A DNA stretch of 64,000 bases from Amoebidium appalachense (taxonomy: Eukaryota > Protista > Ichthyosporea), in NCBI GenBank assembly GCA_963693365.1, contig CAVNZM010000002.1:4790259-4854258 (forward strand), written 5' to 3'. Under the pieces are notes generated by a model. That model saw nothing but the letters and a program-made list of their open reading frames with translations. It searched no databases and had not been told where the DNA came from. Positions 40,204 through 59,940 of this stretch are shown here, in pieces; positions within the stretch are counted from its first letter, which is position 1, and each line of letters opens with the position of its first letter. The position numbers were made by a program, and so were the translations under genes.

Positions 40204-40856
40204 AAAAGGGACAGATGTAAAAACGTCGCACGTGCGGCAACACGTCAGTACGTGTTAGATGTGAGTTGTATGTAGCAGGCCTTGGTGTGCATGCACGTGC
40301 ACAGCACACTTGTACTAGTGTGTCTGTCACCTTTGTGTCCACGTGTTTTGTTTGTGTGTGTGGTGGTGGTATATTTGTGTGCCGCTTGTCGACCCACTCA
40401 CTGCCCAAACACGAAACTTTTCGAGAGAACAAAATGTACATCGAATATGCCACCGTTGTGGCCGTGCCGTGTACGTTTTTACTTTCGGGATATATGTATA
40501 CACACCGGGACATGCCATACCATGCTACCTAGTCCGCACAGCAGAACACAGCTGTCCGGTAATGCTTTGTACAAAGAAACGGAAAGCACACGAAGGGAAA
40601 ACACGACGTGTGCAAAATTTGATTTCATACGTTAAACAAAACAGGATTTCAAAAAGATGGGCAAATTGTCAAAACACGCATACATTACATAGCATTGCTT
40701 CTACTTGCTGTTTACAAACACCTCAATCCCTTATAAAGAAAAACACCGACAAGCCCATCTTTAGGCAAACACGTCGGAATTCCAAACACAAAGCGCCGAT
40801 ATACCCACATTTAGGTCAACTTTTATCCAAACAAGTCAACACCGACATGCCCATAT

Positions 40857-47826
<6,970 letters not shown>

Positions 47827-49279
47827 GATCGAGAAACCCTACAGCTCCTTCGCCGGGTGAAGGTTCTCTTTTTTTGGTTCTCTTTTTCCCAAAAGGATTC
47901 TGTGTTAAGTCTGAAAACTGTGGTATGGCTCAAATACGTGAACCTACGCAGTAGTTCTTTGAAAGTCCAGGAAACCCACAAGCACGTTCTGTGATTAAGA
48001 TCTCAAAAAGGATCTTTTTTAGGTATGCTAAACATCATGATATCTACTAAAACTGCAGGCCTAGTTAAAACAACGGCGTTCAATACTACAGCTTGACGTT
48101 TCCTGAACCATATAAGGCACAAACCTGGGCGACCATTCCTGGCATCGTCTTGAAAAGTTTAGACTGAGTGATGCAGTAGAACAACTTTCAGACGGCTAGG
48201 AAGAAACACCCACAACCAGTCGGCGGCAAAACTGAAGTCATTCTCAAGCGCCGGCGTCTTTATACACGACGGACAAATAACGAAACTGCGTACTGGGAAT
48301 CTAAATAGGACACTTGTATGAATTCGATTATCGCTCTCTTGCTATTGAAATAAACCACAAGCATGACGTCAAGGCATTGCAGACTATTGCATGGTTAGGT
48401 TTCTCAAGGGAAGTGATTTGGTTGGATGGCCGTGCCTTTTAAGCGGATTGGCTGATGCTTTCGTAGATAAGCCTTCTCGGGTTACACATCGGGAATGCAA
48501 CAACCAATCAAAAGGTCGGTCGAAAAATGCATACCGTAGTACTGTAGTAGCGCCGAACAGACCTGTGTGAAAATGCTGCATGTAGACAATTGACCTCAAG
48601 TGTATATTAACATTTTAATATATTTTGGCGGATAATTTTGCATTGCTGTGTTTCCATCCATGGTTGTGTGCGCGGCCGTAGGCTGAAGCTTCGCGATCAC
48701 AGGCATGTGAGTTGGGCAAAGTTTTCGAGAACAGCGGCGAGAGCCACGTGATTCTGATGTCACCGATTGGTCGTTTGACCACAGGCGTATTTTTTTACCT
48801 TCATGTGCAAGGAATCAAAGCGGTCAAAATCAGATATACAACAGTATATTGTGTATCAAAGTTGTTTTTTTGTGCTACATTACTCTTATTCTACTAAAAA
48901 CGTGTAAAGCCCAATGTGCTGAAGTGTAGGTTTCTCTCTAGCGTAGTCGGACGGTCGGACCTTGTAGCCGCGCTCCGAGAGACACCAATAATAATGCAGA
49001 TAGGTCACGCGGCTCACTCGCCAGAAAGTTATTTGTCAGACCTATGATGTACACGATTGGCCGGAGAATCGTGAACACTGAAATAAGTTTTGTCTTTGAG
49101 TCTTGTCTGTCAGACCACGGCCCTCTGAACACAGACTCTGGCTGTGACCGTGCACGTCACAGAGTCACTCACCCGTCGTTTCTTTGTGCTGCAAACTTGA
49201 CTACTAGAGTCTAAAAAGAGTGAAAAGAGCCACCGAAAGACTCCATTCGGGAAAAACACGTACCGAGATTTGGTTCCTA

Positions 49280-51159
49280 CTGCATTTGAGGTTAGCCTGT
49301 TGCCGTTGGTTGCTTATTTTGTGGAAACATCTAGCGGTTTGAACCTTACCTTGCCGGCAATCACTACCCCAGTCATCTGAGGTTCGAATTCTTGACGATG
49401 TCATGTGCCACCTATATGCTCGGCACTGAAGGATTCTTGGTTTTGCTGTTGAGATGGGGGGAGGGTTTGGCTATCGGGGAGGAATGGCGGAGGGAGAAAT
49501 TATTAATTTCGGGGGGATTCTCTCCACACAATTCGGACTGGCAGAGCTTCCCACCCAGGCCTTGCACCTGGGCAGGGCCCTGGGCTAGGGGTGGACCTAT
49601 AACTCGAGGTCCGTGCCTTTAACGGTGTGTGTGTGGGGGGAGGGGGGGGGGGGTATTCTGGCTAGAAGGGGGGGGGGGGGGGGGGGGGATTCGGGGTTGG
49701 GAGGGGAGGGGGGGAGGGGGGGGGGGGAGACCAGGTAATTTAATTGCTCGGGTTGCCTTGTCGGTTTATACACGAAATACATGAATATACATACATGATT
49801 ACGATGTAAGAGCCCCTGATGACTAGCTTGACCATCCGCCAGAGGCCTACGTAAATAAATTCGAAAACGTAGAAGCAATCCCTTGCATGGAACTGTTTAA
49901 ACGGCTACACACCATTCCCCCTGCACCCTCGCCCTCTCCCCCCCTTCATCCCCCTTTCCTTTTTCGTTTGCTGTCCTCGGCCTCCAAAAAGCTCGCTCTC
50001 TCGCGTCACCCCATGGCACTGGCTGCCGTCTCTCTCTCCGTTCTTTCTCCTCTTCTGTCTCCAGCAGCTATTTTTCGAAGTCTTCCATAATCACTTTGTT
50101 CTCTCTTTTTCTTAAGGTTCTTTTCTTTTTTTGTGGAGGAAGGGCCGGGGCCCGGGGAAGGGGGGGGGGGGGGGGGGGGACAGGGTGCAAAAGAGGGCAA
50201 GAGTAAGACTCTCGAAGCAGAGTTTACGAGGCATGCGCGTGTGTGTGTGTGCGCGCGCGCGTGTGTGTGTGTGTGTGTGTTGGGGGGAGGGAGGGGGGGG
50301 GGGGGGGGGAAGAAGAAGAAAAAAGGGCAATTTTTTTGAGGCCGAAGGGGGGAAGGGTATGTATGTATCCGAGTTCGGTGTTGCCTCGGGGGGGGGGGGG
50401 GGGGGATTACATCCAAATTCGATTGAAGGGGGTGGGGATAGGGGGGCAGCAGCTGTAGGAAATAAGGAGCCTTGTGTCTGTGCACATAGATTGCAAATCC
50501 CTAACGCTTTCGGTTCCTTTCCTTGCCCCACACCCCAAACCCCTCCTTGCACTTGGGTTCCGCTCGACGTTGTCTGCCCTTTGTGAGTCGTCTTCCCCCA
50601 TCCCCCCCTACCCCCCCCCCCCCCAAAAAAAAAAAAAAGAGAGAGAGAGAGAGAGAGACTGAGAGAGAGAGAAAGAAAGAAAAAAAAAGAAAGGAAATGG
50701 AGGGGGGGGGGGGGGGGGGGGGGGGACAAGGGAAAACCCCACGCACTCCAAGTGGCTCATACATGCATACATAGCCACGGAGTCCACCGCCTTCTCCCCC
50801 GACTCCGCCATTCCCGCTGTAAGACACCCCCTCCCCCCAAACTCCTCCCCTCCCCCCCCCCCCCCCCCCCCCCCCTTCCGCCTGGGCTTCCCAGTTCCTT
50901 TCCCTCAACTTTGTTTTCACTTTAAGGTGCACACATGTTGGCACATGCACCCTCTGATCCTCTCTACATGTAAGGAGTTAGCGACTGCCTCTCAGCCCCA
51001 GTAGAGTCCACACAGTCACATCCACACCAAACTTCCCCCCCTTTCCCCCCGTTTCCCCGAAAGGAAAACAAGTTTCTTTGTTTTCCCCTCACATCTACCC
51101 AGTTTCATTAAAAAAAAAAAAAAAAAAGGCTAGCCAAATAACCACCCTCCTGCCCCATC

Positions 51160-51198
<39 letters not shown>

Positions 51199-51714
51199 CC
51201 CCCCACCCCCACCCCCACCCACCACTACCTCCACCACCACCTCTCACTCGCAACAGCTATAATACTATATATGATATGGCATACACAGGTATTGTACACC
51301 AACATCATCACGGCCCCTTGATTCTCTTACCACTGATATCAGGAGTTACACGTATTGTTTTAGGTTTGGCCGCCTGGCATATTGTTTGGTATGGGATTGC
51401 ATGGCCGCAGATATGTTATTGAGCTTGAAATGAGGTGGAGGTGGAGGACCCGGGGGGAAAGAAATTTTGAGAGAGGCGGATAGGAGTTGGGGGGGGGGGG
51501 GGGGGGGGGGGATGGGGGGATGGAGAAAACACGTGTCATGTTCAATTAGTCAAGAGTGAGCATCGAGACTGCGTCGCCGGAGACTGCATTTTGGAAGGAC
51601 GTGCACGGTTGGAGAAGTGTTTCGGGCAGGAAAAGAACTTCGGTTTCTTCCTTCCCTCTGCAGCCCGCCTTCAAGGCTTGCAGACTGGGGCTTTCTACCT
51701 CTCCCCCCCCCTCC

Positions 51715-51746
<32 letters not shown>

Positions 51747-51901
51747 ACACACCTTTTTCTTTTAAGGCTTTGAATTTTTTTATTTCTTTGTTCGTAGTAC
51801 TTGTCTTTTAGGGGTTGAGGGGAGGGGGGGGGGGGGGGGGGGGGGTGTTACCGTGTGTGTGTGTGTGTGACCAGGTGTGAAGGTGTCTGGAGGTGGTTTG
51901 T

Positions 51902-51956
<55 letters not shown>

Positions 51957-52560
51957 GGGATCGAAAAGGGCAGGGGCGGGCGAAGGGAGACAGAGATCCC
52001 TTGGGGCATAGGAAGGAGAAAGAGTCAAGAAAGGGTGGGACCGAAAGTGAAATCGAAGGCAGAATGTGGCAGGAAATCAGGCAAGGGGGTGATTGATCAT
52101 GAGCAACGTGGCGGCCCCACAGGGGCGATGTAAGTGATGTAAGTTAGCGATCTAATAGATCGGGGGAAGAATTCGTTTTTTGGTTGGCGCATGTTCTTAG
52201 GTCTGTAAGGCATGCAAGTGCAAAGTTGGAGTGATAGGCTTTGCAGATTATGTGGGACTTTTAATGAGTAGAGCCGTGGGTGTAGATATTGCTTCCATAG
52301 GAGGTGAAAACCTAGGCATGATAAATATTCAACAGAAGGAAAGATTGTGTAACTGGAATTCCACTAAGCAACTAATGGCAGTCTAAATTTTTTGCTGAGT
52401 TTGGAGAAGGTGTACAGCAATTTTTTTGTTTTCGTGACGGATGTGTTGAGTGGTTTGGATGGTTTAGGTAAGTTAGAAATCAGATCGTGTGGTAAATATG
52501 TTAAGTTAAAGTACCGATAAATGGAGTTCTGTTGAAATCGAAAACCGGGCTGGACCAAGC
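49280..52560 (-). pseudogene. Probable heavily decayed L1/Tx1-type non-LTR retrotransposon ORF2 (endonuclease to start of RT)
   Basis: Colinear frameshifted fragments resembling ORF2 motifs on the minus strand: FNLTYLPHD (~52500), LTDL/R..HAPTKNEFF (~52190), SITPLPDFLPHSA (~52080), SLLTN (~51555), AASAMG*RERASFLEAE (~50000), KA/PGWEALPV/EL (~49550), HKI..NRL (~49310). Each match is weak alone. Confidence 0.42.
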
Positions 52561-53404
52561 TTGCTAATAATCAACCCTGTGTATAAACTATTAACTTGGA
52601 AATGAGGAAGCCATACATCTCATTGTGTCATGGTGTCAGCCAATCCAGACGTCTACAAAGAGCCCCCCCTCCCCCTCCCTCCCCTCCCCCCCCCCCCCCC
52701 CCCTCCCCACACGCACATGTCACACTCACTCAAACATACACCCGCCGTTGCACAAACACACAGTGCTGCATGTACACAAACACATACGTACACATACCAC
52801 ACATGCATACACGCAGAAGCACGCATGCATGTACGCACACGCAAACACACACATGCGCATCTACAACCACACAAACCGGCCCGGGGTCACACACACACAC
52901 ACCCTCTCTTTTCAGCTTTCTCAACCTCTTTCCCTGACTGCACCCTCTGCACCCCTACTCTCCCGCCCTTCAATTAACTCTCTCTAGCACATCCACTCGT
53001 GCACCACCGATAGCATGCACACCCACAAACACATGTGACATGGTCAAGTTACAAAAAAATATGCACGTGTGCATGCATGCCAGGCGAACACGAAACACTT
53101 CAGCACAGCATACGTGTACACATGCACATACTCGAGAGCGTGTGCATAAGCGCGCATACACATGCACGCACGCATGCGTGCACCTGCGCGCACACACGCG
53201 CGCGCACGCGCGGATCTCAGATTCCACATACATACACAGCATCATCGGAAATACGCACACTAGCCTTCACGTAAGTACCCAAAAAACCAAATACGACAAT
53301 GTCAATCCCGTGAATATAAAAACTCGATCGAGTTAACGAAATTGCACATGGAAGAAGTTGGTCCAGAAGGTGGGTCACCAAAAAGAAGAGAACTTCTAGA
53401 GGCC

Positions 53405-53443
<39 letters not shown>

Positions 53444-53447
53444 GGGG

Positions 53448-53496
<49 letters not shown>

Positions 53497-53754
53497 GGTT
53501 GGTGGTGGTGGTGATGGTGGTGGGGACGGGGTGGTGGTGGTGGTGGGGGGGGGGGGGGGGGGGGGGGGAGGGGTGCGGTGTGTTGTGTTGGTTGGTTAAC
53601 AATTGGGATGGGGGGGAGGGGGGGAGAAGGGGGGGGGGGGGGGATGGGGGAGGTGGTGATCTCGCGAGTATAGTATTTGGTGTACATTTGGGTCGGGAGG
53701 GAGGGGGACTAGAATGAGACTGAGGAGGAGGAGGAGGAGGGAGCCGGCCGGGGT

Positions 53755-53785
<31 letters not shown>

Positions 53786-53977
53786 GGGAGGGAGGGGGGG
53801 GGGGGGTGGCTTACCAACCACCCTCCCCGAGCATGTTAGATAAATAAGGGGGGGTGGGGGGGGAGGGGGGTGGGGGGGAGGGGAGGGGGTGTGGGGGAGA
53901 GAGAGAGAGAGAGAGACGACCAGCTTGGTGGCACCAAGAGAGCTGTTGCTATTATTTACTCCCCGGCCCCCCTCCCC

Positions 53978-54009
<32 letters not shown>

Positions 54010-54308
54010 TTCTCCCCCCCCTCCCCCCTTCCTTTAATTCCTCCTCCCCCCCCCCCCCCCCCCATGCCTTCAACCGCTTCAAACTTGAAAGTTCGAGACC
54101 AGTAGTGCAAGCCTTTTTTTTTGGAGAACAACAAAGGGCCTTCAAATCAATCTTGATTACTTATCTTTGAGCCTCGGATCTCTCAATCTTCTAATACCTA
54201 CATTCTATCGCACATATGGGACGTGATCCCGGACAAAAAATTTCGAAACAGCAATCGAAAAGATACATACTATTGGCAATACCCTAGCACTAACCTCGAT
54301 AGTTACGT

Positions 54309-55138
54309 TCAGAACAATCCAAGTTGGCACCAGGCCAGCACAATCACCGCAAGTATTGTTCTACTGAAACTATACGCACCCACTGACGTAGCCCCAGACG
54401 TGTTATTACCTGATCCGGTTCCGTTCCCGGGATCAGACGTGCGTGCCAAGTCTGTAACAACAAGAGCACTATTGTGAAACTGCACGGTGCGGTTGTTTAG
54501 TGGTTGCGGGGGTCTGAAGTTGTTCTCAATATGCTCATTGGGTATTTCCGTTTGTGCAAACTCATACAGTTTCCTCAGTTTTTCCAGATTTTCCTCCGAA
54601 ATTTTCAGAGGCTCCACGAACACAGTCCATGCCACAGCTTCAAAGCAGTCAGGGGTGGTAAGAGAGCCGTTGTAACGGTAGAAACCCCCAGTCGAAGGAA
54701 ACACGTTGGTCATGTTTACCGACACCGGGAACGCAATGTTTGCTGGGTAGGTGACGTTTTGCAGTGCTGGGCTGTCGAGAAGCGGCTCCAGCCCGGTGTT
54801 GCTCGTTTGGTTGGTTGCCTGTTTGAAACATGGCCCAATGATTATTATGTTGGCACACCGAAACATAAGCACATTACACCATGATGCTCCTCTCGTTCCG
54901 TTTCATACATGCCCCCATCAGAGTCTCCTTCGCCACACACTCTCCCCAACATGTCGCACGTCAGATCCTGGGCTCTCTTTCCATATTTCAACTCCCCTCC
55001 CGTTGTCTCGTCCTAGGCTCTAAACTCCAGTACCTGGGGCTAGTTCCCGATTGCACAATTTCCCTTTATCCTCTCTCCCCCCCCCCCCCCCCCCCCCCCC
55101 CCCTCCCCACGCACACACATACTATGAAACAAAGGGAG

Positions 55139-55218
<80 letters not shown>

Positions 55219-55556
55219 TGCCTCGTACAGGACCCCCAGCACGGCAATAGCATCAGGCTCTTTGGAGTCGAGGGCTGCAGTCACACTTGCAAACTTCTCC
55301 TTGATGTGAACAAAGTGAGCCTCGGCAGCCGCCGCCTTGCCGTTGATCAGATGCTCACTTCCTTGGCTGCTGTTGCTGCCCCAGTGGAGATGCACCTGCA
55401 CCAGCCTGTTTTGCACAAAACTCAATCGAGGGTTTTCCCAATTTTTTGGTTGCTTCGTTGTTATCCTTACCTGTACGTACTGTACATACACCTTTTTATT
55501 CACTTGCCCTTGAATAATACAATCAATGACCGAATACTAACTTCTTCTAAATTAAC

Positions 55557-55591
<35 letters not shown>

Positions 55592-56658
55592 TGGGAAGCA
55601 GAAAAGGGGGCCAGAACCGGGGAAAAGAAAGCAACGAGGAAAAATATCTGGAACTGCGTAGGGTTGGCGGAAAAAAGGAGGGGTCTGCTAACATGTATTC
55701 GCCTGCCAGACCACCTCCAGTGAGAACGAAATTGACGCTGGGGACGGACCCGTCCACGGTTGCAATTTGCAGGGCATGGCCGTTGTTTGTAAGCTTCCAC
55801 GTCTGATTTGCGCTTGTGTAGTTGTATGACAGAGGAACCGGCTCGTTCGTGGCCACCTGAAACAGAGTCACGTTCATGTAAGATGATGCTAGATTGTTGC
55901 TCTATTTTCGCTAATAGCCAAAATACGCTTAGCCAACGCTGTTTAAGGGCCCTTAAACACATGGCTTTGGTGTTTGTGCAACCAGCTCATATTTTTTTGA
56001 TGCCAACTGCATGGCTGGATTGTGCACCGTGCTGCTGCAGTTAGATCTAGAAGCACGGTGCACAATCCAGCCCGGCACTAGGCCAGCGAAGAAACACACA
56101 GATCCCCTTCAACGGTTCCCCTTTTCATAAGCCTGTATGGCATACGAACACGCAAAAAGGCACGGTCACAGAAAGGCACTCATTCAGCTCAGAGCGCTAT
56201 CACACATGCTGACCTACATACCGTAGCTTGAACTGATGCAGAGGCCAGCAGCCACAAGTTCCTATGATGTGCATACGTGTGTACACTTTACAAGGTCACG
56301 ATGCATTACTACAAGGATCGGCATGAAGAAGTGAAATACAAAGAAGAGAGGGGAAATCTAAGCGCGAGGAAAATGAAAAGCACGGCGAAGGGAGGGACAG
56401 TGAGGATGGGGAGGAATTCTTAGAAGGGTTGAGGAAGAAGACTAGAAAGAAGAGGCGGGCTTGTGGACAAAAACGTAGACACGACACCACAATTAAAATG
56501 TGCTAACCTACCGCTGCTGCAGGGGTAATGTCAATGGGGGACTGGGCTTTCCCTATGCCGCAGGCACCGGGCCATGCCGTCACGTTTCCATAGCTCCAAG
56601 CACCGAAAGCTCCACTCATCAGGCACAGAGGCAGGAAAACGACTGAGAAGAAAACCAT
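54309..56658 (-). CDS. Secreted, probably GPI-anchored alpha carbonic anhydrase (CA IV-like), ~334 aa, 4 exons
   Basis: Exons 56658-56512, 55856-55693, 55405-55222, 54818-54309 (1005 nt). Signal peptide MVFFSVVFLPLCLMSGAFG, WSY, QSPIDI, NNGH, Zn ligands QVHLHWG and EAHFVH, GSEH, YNGSLTTPDC, NFRPPQPLN; C-terminal small-residue stretch plus hydrophobic tail. Confidence 0.92.
56013..56072. repeat. Perfect 21-bp inverted repeat with 18-nt loop
   Basis: GGCTGGATTGTGCACCGTGCT ... AGCACGGTGCACAATCCAGCC in carbonic anhydrase intron 1. Confidence 0.9.
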
Positions 56659-57418
56659 TTTCAAGAACTTTGTACTCGTTTCGACCTTCAAATGCACTGG
56701 TTTACGACGTGGTCCAGAAGCAATGGATTATTATAAAAGAAGAGCTGGTTTGAGTGGCGTGGAGTTAACAACAAGTGCTCCTCCGAACGCAGTGTCTCTT
56801 GAAAGGTGCCACTAATATATACCATGCTATCTAAATCTGCTGGTGTTCCCCAACAACGAAGAAACTTTCGGAAATTTACACAGCAGCACTTCAACTCCCC
56901 TCAGGTATGGTTCCAAAAGATCAAAAAAAACATGTACAATGGACCCGGGATGAAGAAGTGAGAGCAACGTGGCGAGGTGCGTGCCTTTTATATGCTGCGT
57001 TGCGCCCGGCCCTAAACCACACTGCGCAGATGGCGTATATTCCTTCCACTTGATTGTTCTATTAATAATATTCTCAGACGGAGATCCATGAGATGTACCA
57101 CACGCGTGAGCCAAGCCCTAACAGAAATAGTCGAACAGTAACCATATCAGCCGATAGACAGTCCCTTTTTATTTGATGATTCCCCTCCCTCCCCTCCTCC
57201 GCCCCTCCCCCCCTCCCCTTTCATATTCCAATTTCCTTAGCTAATATCCCCCTAGGTGTCACGCGTTGTGAAGCTGCAACTTCAAAAGCTAGTGTAAACC
57301 AAAACTGCTCACGCTGCGTGCGTGTTGTTCCATGTGGTGCATTGTTGACCAATCAACAACAGCCTGCTCGGCCCCAAATCGGGCATCACCGTGATATAAA
57401 AAAAATAAATAAATAATA

Positions 57419-57457
<39 letters not shown>

Positions 57458-58496
57458 GGGGAACCCCAACTAATTGATTTCTCCTTGTAGTCTTTATGGT
57501 GTCTCGTAGAGAAAGTAAACCCTGATATATAGTCACCACCCGACATCTATGTACGTGATCATGATATACCGCTGAGGGGATATTCCGAGCAAACCCCCCC
57601 CCCCCATACCTGAGACTGGTTCTCTTTGCCTCGAGTAAACAGCGTAAACCCCATCACCATTTACTAAGCATGGTCACCGATTGTCGTCAGCTTGAGCAAT
57701 ATGATTGGTTTAGCAGAGATCTTGGTGCATTTATGTCACACACAGCTACCTGATTCAATAGTCCACCAACATGCACAGAAAATAATATATAAGAATATAC
57801 TCCATCTCCTACTCTAACTACGCTGTTTTGCGTTCATAACACCCACGTGTTCGTTATCAGGCTGGTGCGCCCCGGTAACTATGGAGTTGGAGCCACAACA
57901 ACACACAGATTCGGAAACTTTCCGATTGGCTGCTCAGTCCCACTAGATTCTTAGAACAAGCAGTTCCACATTCCGTTTACATATTAGCTAGCTGAGTCGG
58001 ATTTTTCTCGTGATGCCTGGCAGGCTGTAGAGAACACTTGCAGTTAGATCGTGCAAATGTAGAGAACTTGAAACACTTTGTGCAAATGTACAATGAAAGA
58101 ACTTGAAACATTTCAAAGAGCTCTCTCTCGCCGGAGGGGGGGGAGGGAGAGAGAGAGGGAGGGTGAGAGAGAGGGGGGGGGGGGGGGGGGGGGGGAGGGG
58201 GGTAGGAGAGGGGGAGGGGGGCGGGGGGGGGGGGGGGGGGGGGGAGGGGAGAGAGTGAAAGAGATTAGAAGATGTTTCATATCAGCGAGAAGAGAGGCGG
58301 CGGGAATGGGGGGAGGAATTATTGGGGGGGGGGGGGGGGGGGGGGGGGTGGGATGGAGGGATGGGGTAGAGAGGGAGGGAGGGAGGGATCCGGAGGGAGG
58401 GAGTTCGGTAAGAGGTGAGCGAGAGAGTAAGAGAGCAAGAGAAATCGATGGAGAGGGAGAGAGGCCATGCACGTACATTTATGTGTCTTGGGGGGT

Positions 58497-58550
<54 letters not shown>

Positions 58551-58843
58551 GTTTGTGTGTGACCCAGCCCTTTCACCTTTATACCGTTATAACTAATTAG
58601 AGTCAACGTCAGTAACACCGAATAAAAAATAAGGGCACTTGGTCACTATGCGCTGCATACATACAAGGCAAGAAAACGGCTTTTACACGAGTTTTCCAAA
58701 GTCATGTGCAAAAAAAAAAAAAAAAATCAAAAATCATACTACCTGTTGAAGTAGCAGATCTAATATTAGACGCTCAAGGGGAGAGATATATCATTATAAA
58801 AACTCGACACAAAAGCACACATCTTTATACATGCCTTTTTTTT

Positions 58844-58878
<35 letters not shown>

Positions 58879-58892
58879 CTTTGGGGTGAGGC

Positions 58893-58962
<70 letters not shown>

Positions 58963-58995
58963 AGGATTTATTTGTAAGTGGCCAAACAGCTCGTC

Positions 58996-59031
<36 letters not shown>

Positions 59032-59040
59032 AAGTAAAAA

Positions 59041-59074
<34 letters not shown>

Positions 59075-59162
59075 TACCCCACAGCACACCACGACACTCG
59101 CGTGGGCGCACACACGCACACACACACATACACACACACACGCGCGCGTGTACGCGCGCGCG

Positions 59163-59193
<31 letters not shown>

Positions 59194-59940
59194 GCGCGCA
59201 CGCGCACGCGCACACGCACGCACACACACACACACAGTGTCACACCGTTGAATTCAAATTTTGTTAATGTAGCCAGGGAACTAAACAACATGAACCATAG
59301 ATATCAAGGACGATCATTTTGATGAATCTTCAATCTGCAGATATGTTACAAGAGGCATTCGGGCACACAAACAAAAGTAAACACCAAACATACGATGCTC
59401 CAAAAAGCACTCCCCCCCCCCCCCAAAGCCTAAAAATGTGGGCAGGTGGGTGGGTGTCGGTGAGTGCAGGTGTGTGTGTGTGTGTGCTTAGAAGAACGTG
59501 GGCATGTGCGTTCGTAACGGTGTGTGGTGGTGGTGGTGGTGGGTGTGCAACGGTGTAATGGGTTGGGTTGAGTTGGGTTGGGTCGGGGGGGCTGGAATCT
59601 GGGATGGGCGGGGGAGAACCGAATAAGGGACCTGCAGTGGGCAGAAGCTGAGGGGTCCAACATGTTTGGTTTGTGGCCCTATGTGGGGACCTAACCTCGA
59701 CCGAATTTCGGTTTTTTATTTTTGTTTTCCTCTTATCAACCTACACCACACCGTGCGGGTCACAGGGTTATCCTGCTTTGACGCAAGACAGTACTGGTAG
59801 TACATCTGCCAATCCAAAAAAAAGTCAAAAAGAACACACCACACAAAAAAAAGAAAATGAAGTCGAAAAGAAAATACACAGGTCAAAAAGGAGCACGAAT
59901 TCCCTTCTTGCATGACTACACATGCGCAGTTTTATACGTC

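Noticed and set aside
51364-51433. Possible + strand exon (VWPPGILFGMGLHGRRYVIELEM)
   Set aside because: No linked exons or homology; the minus-strand LINE-remnant reading fits the region better.
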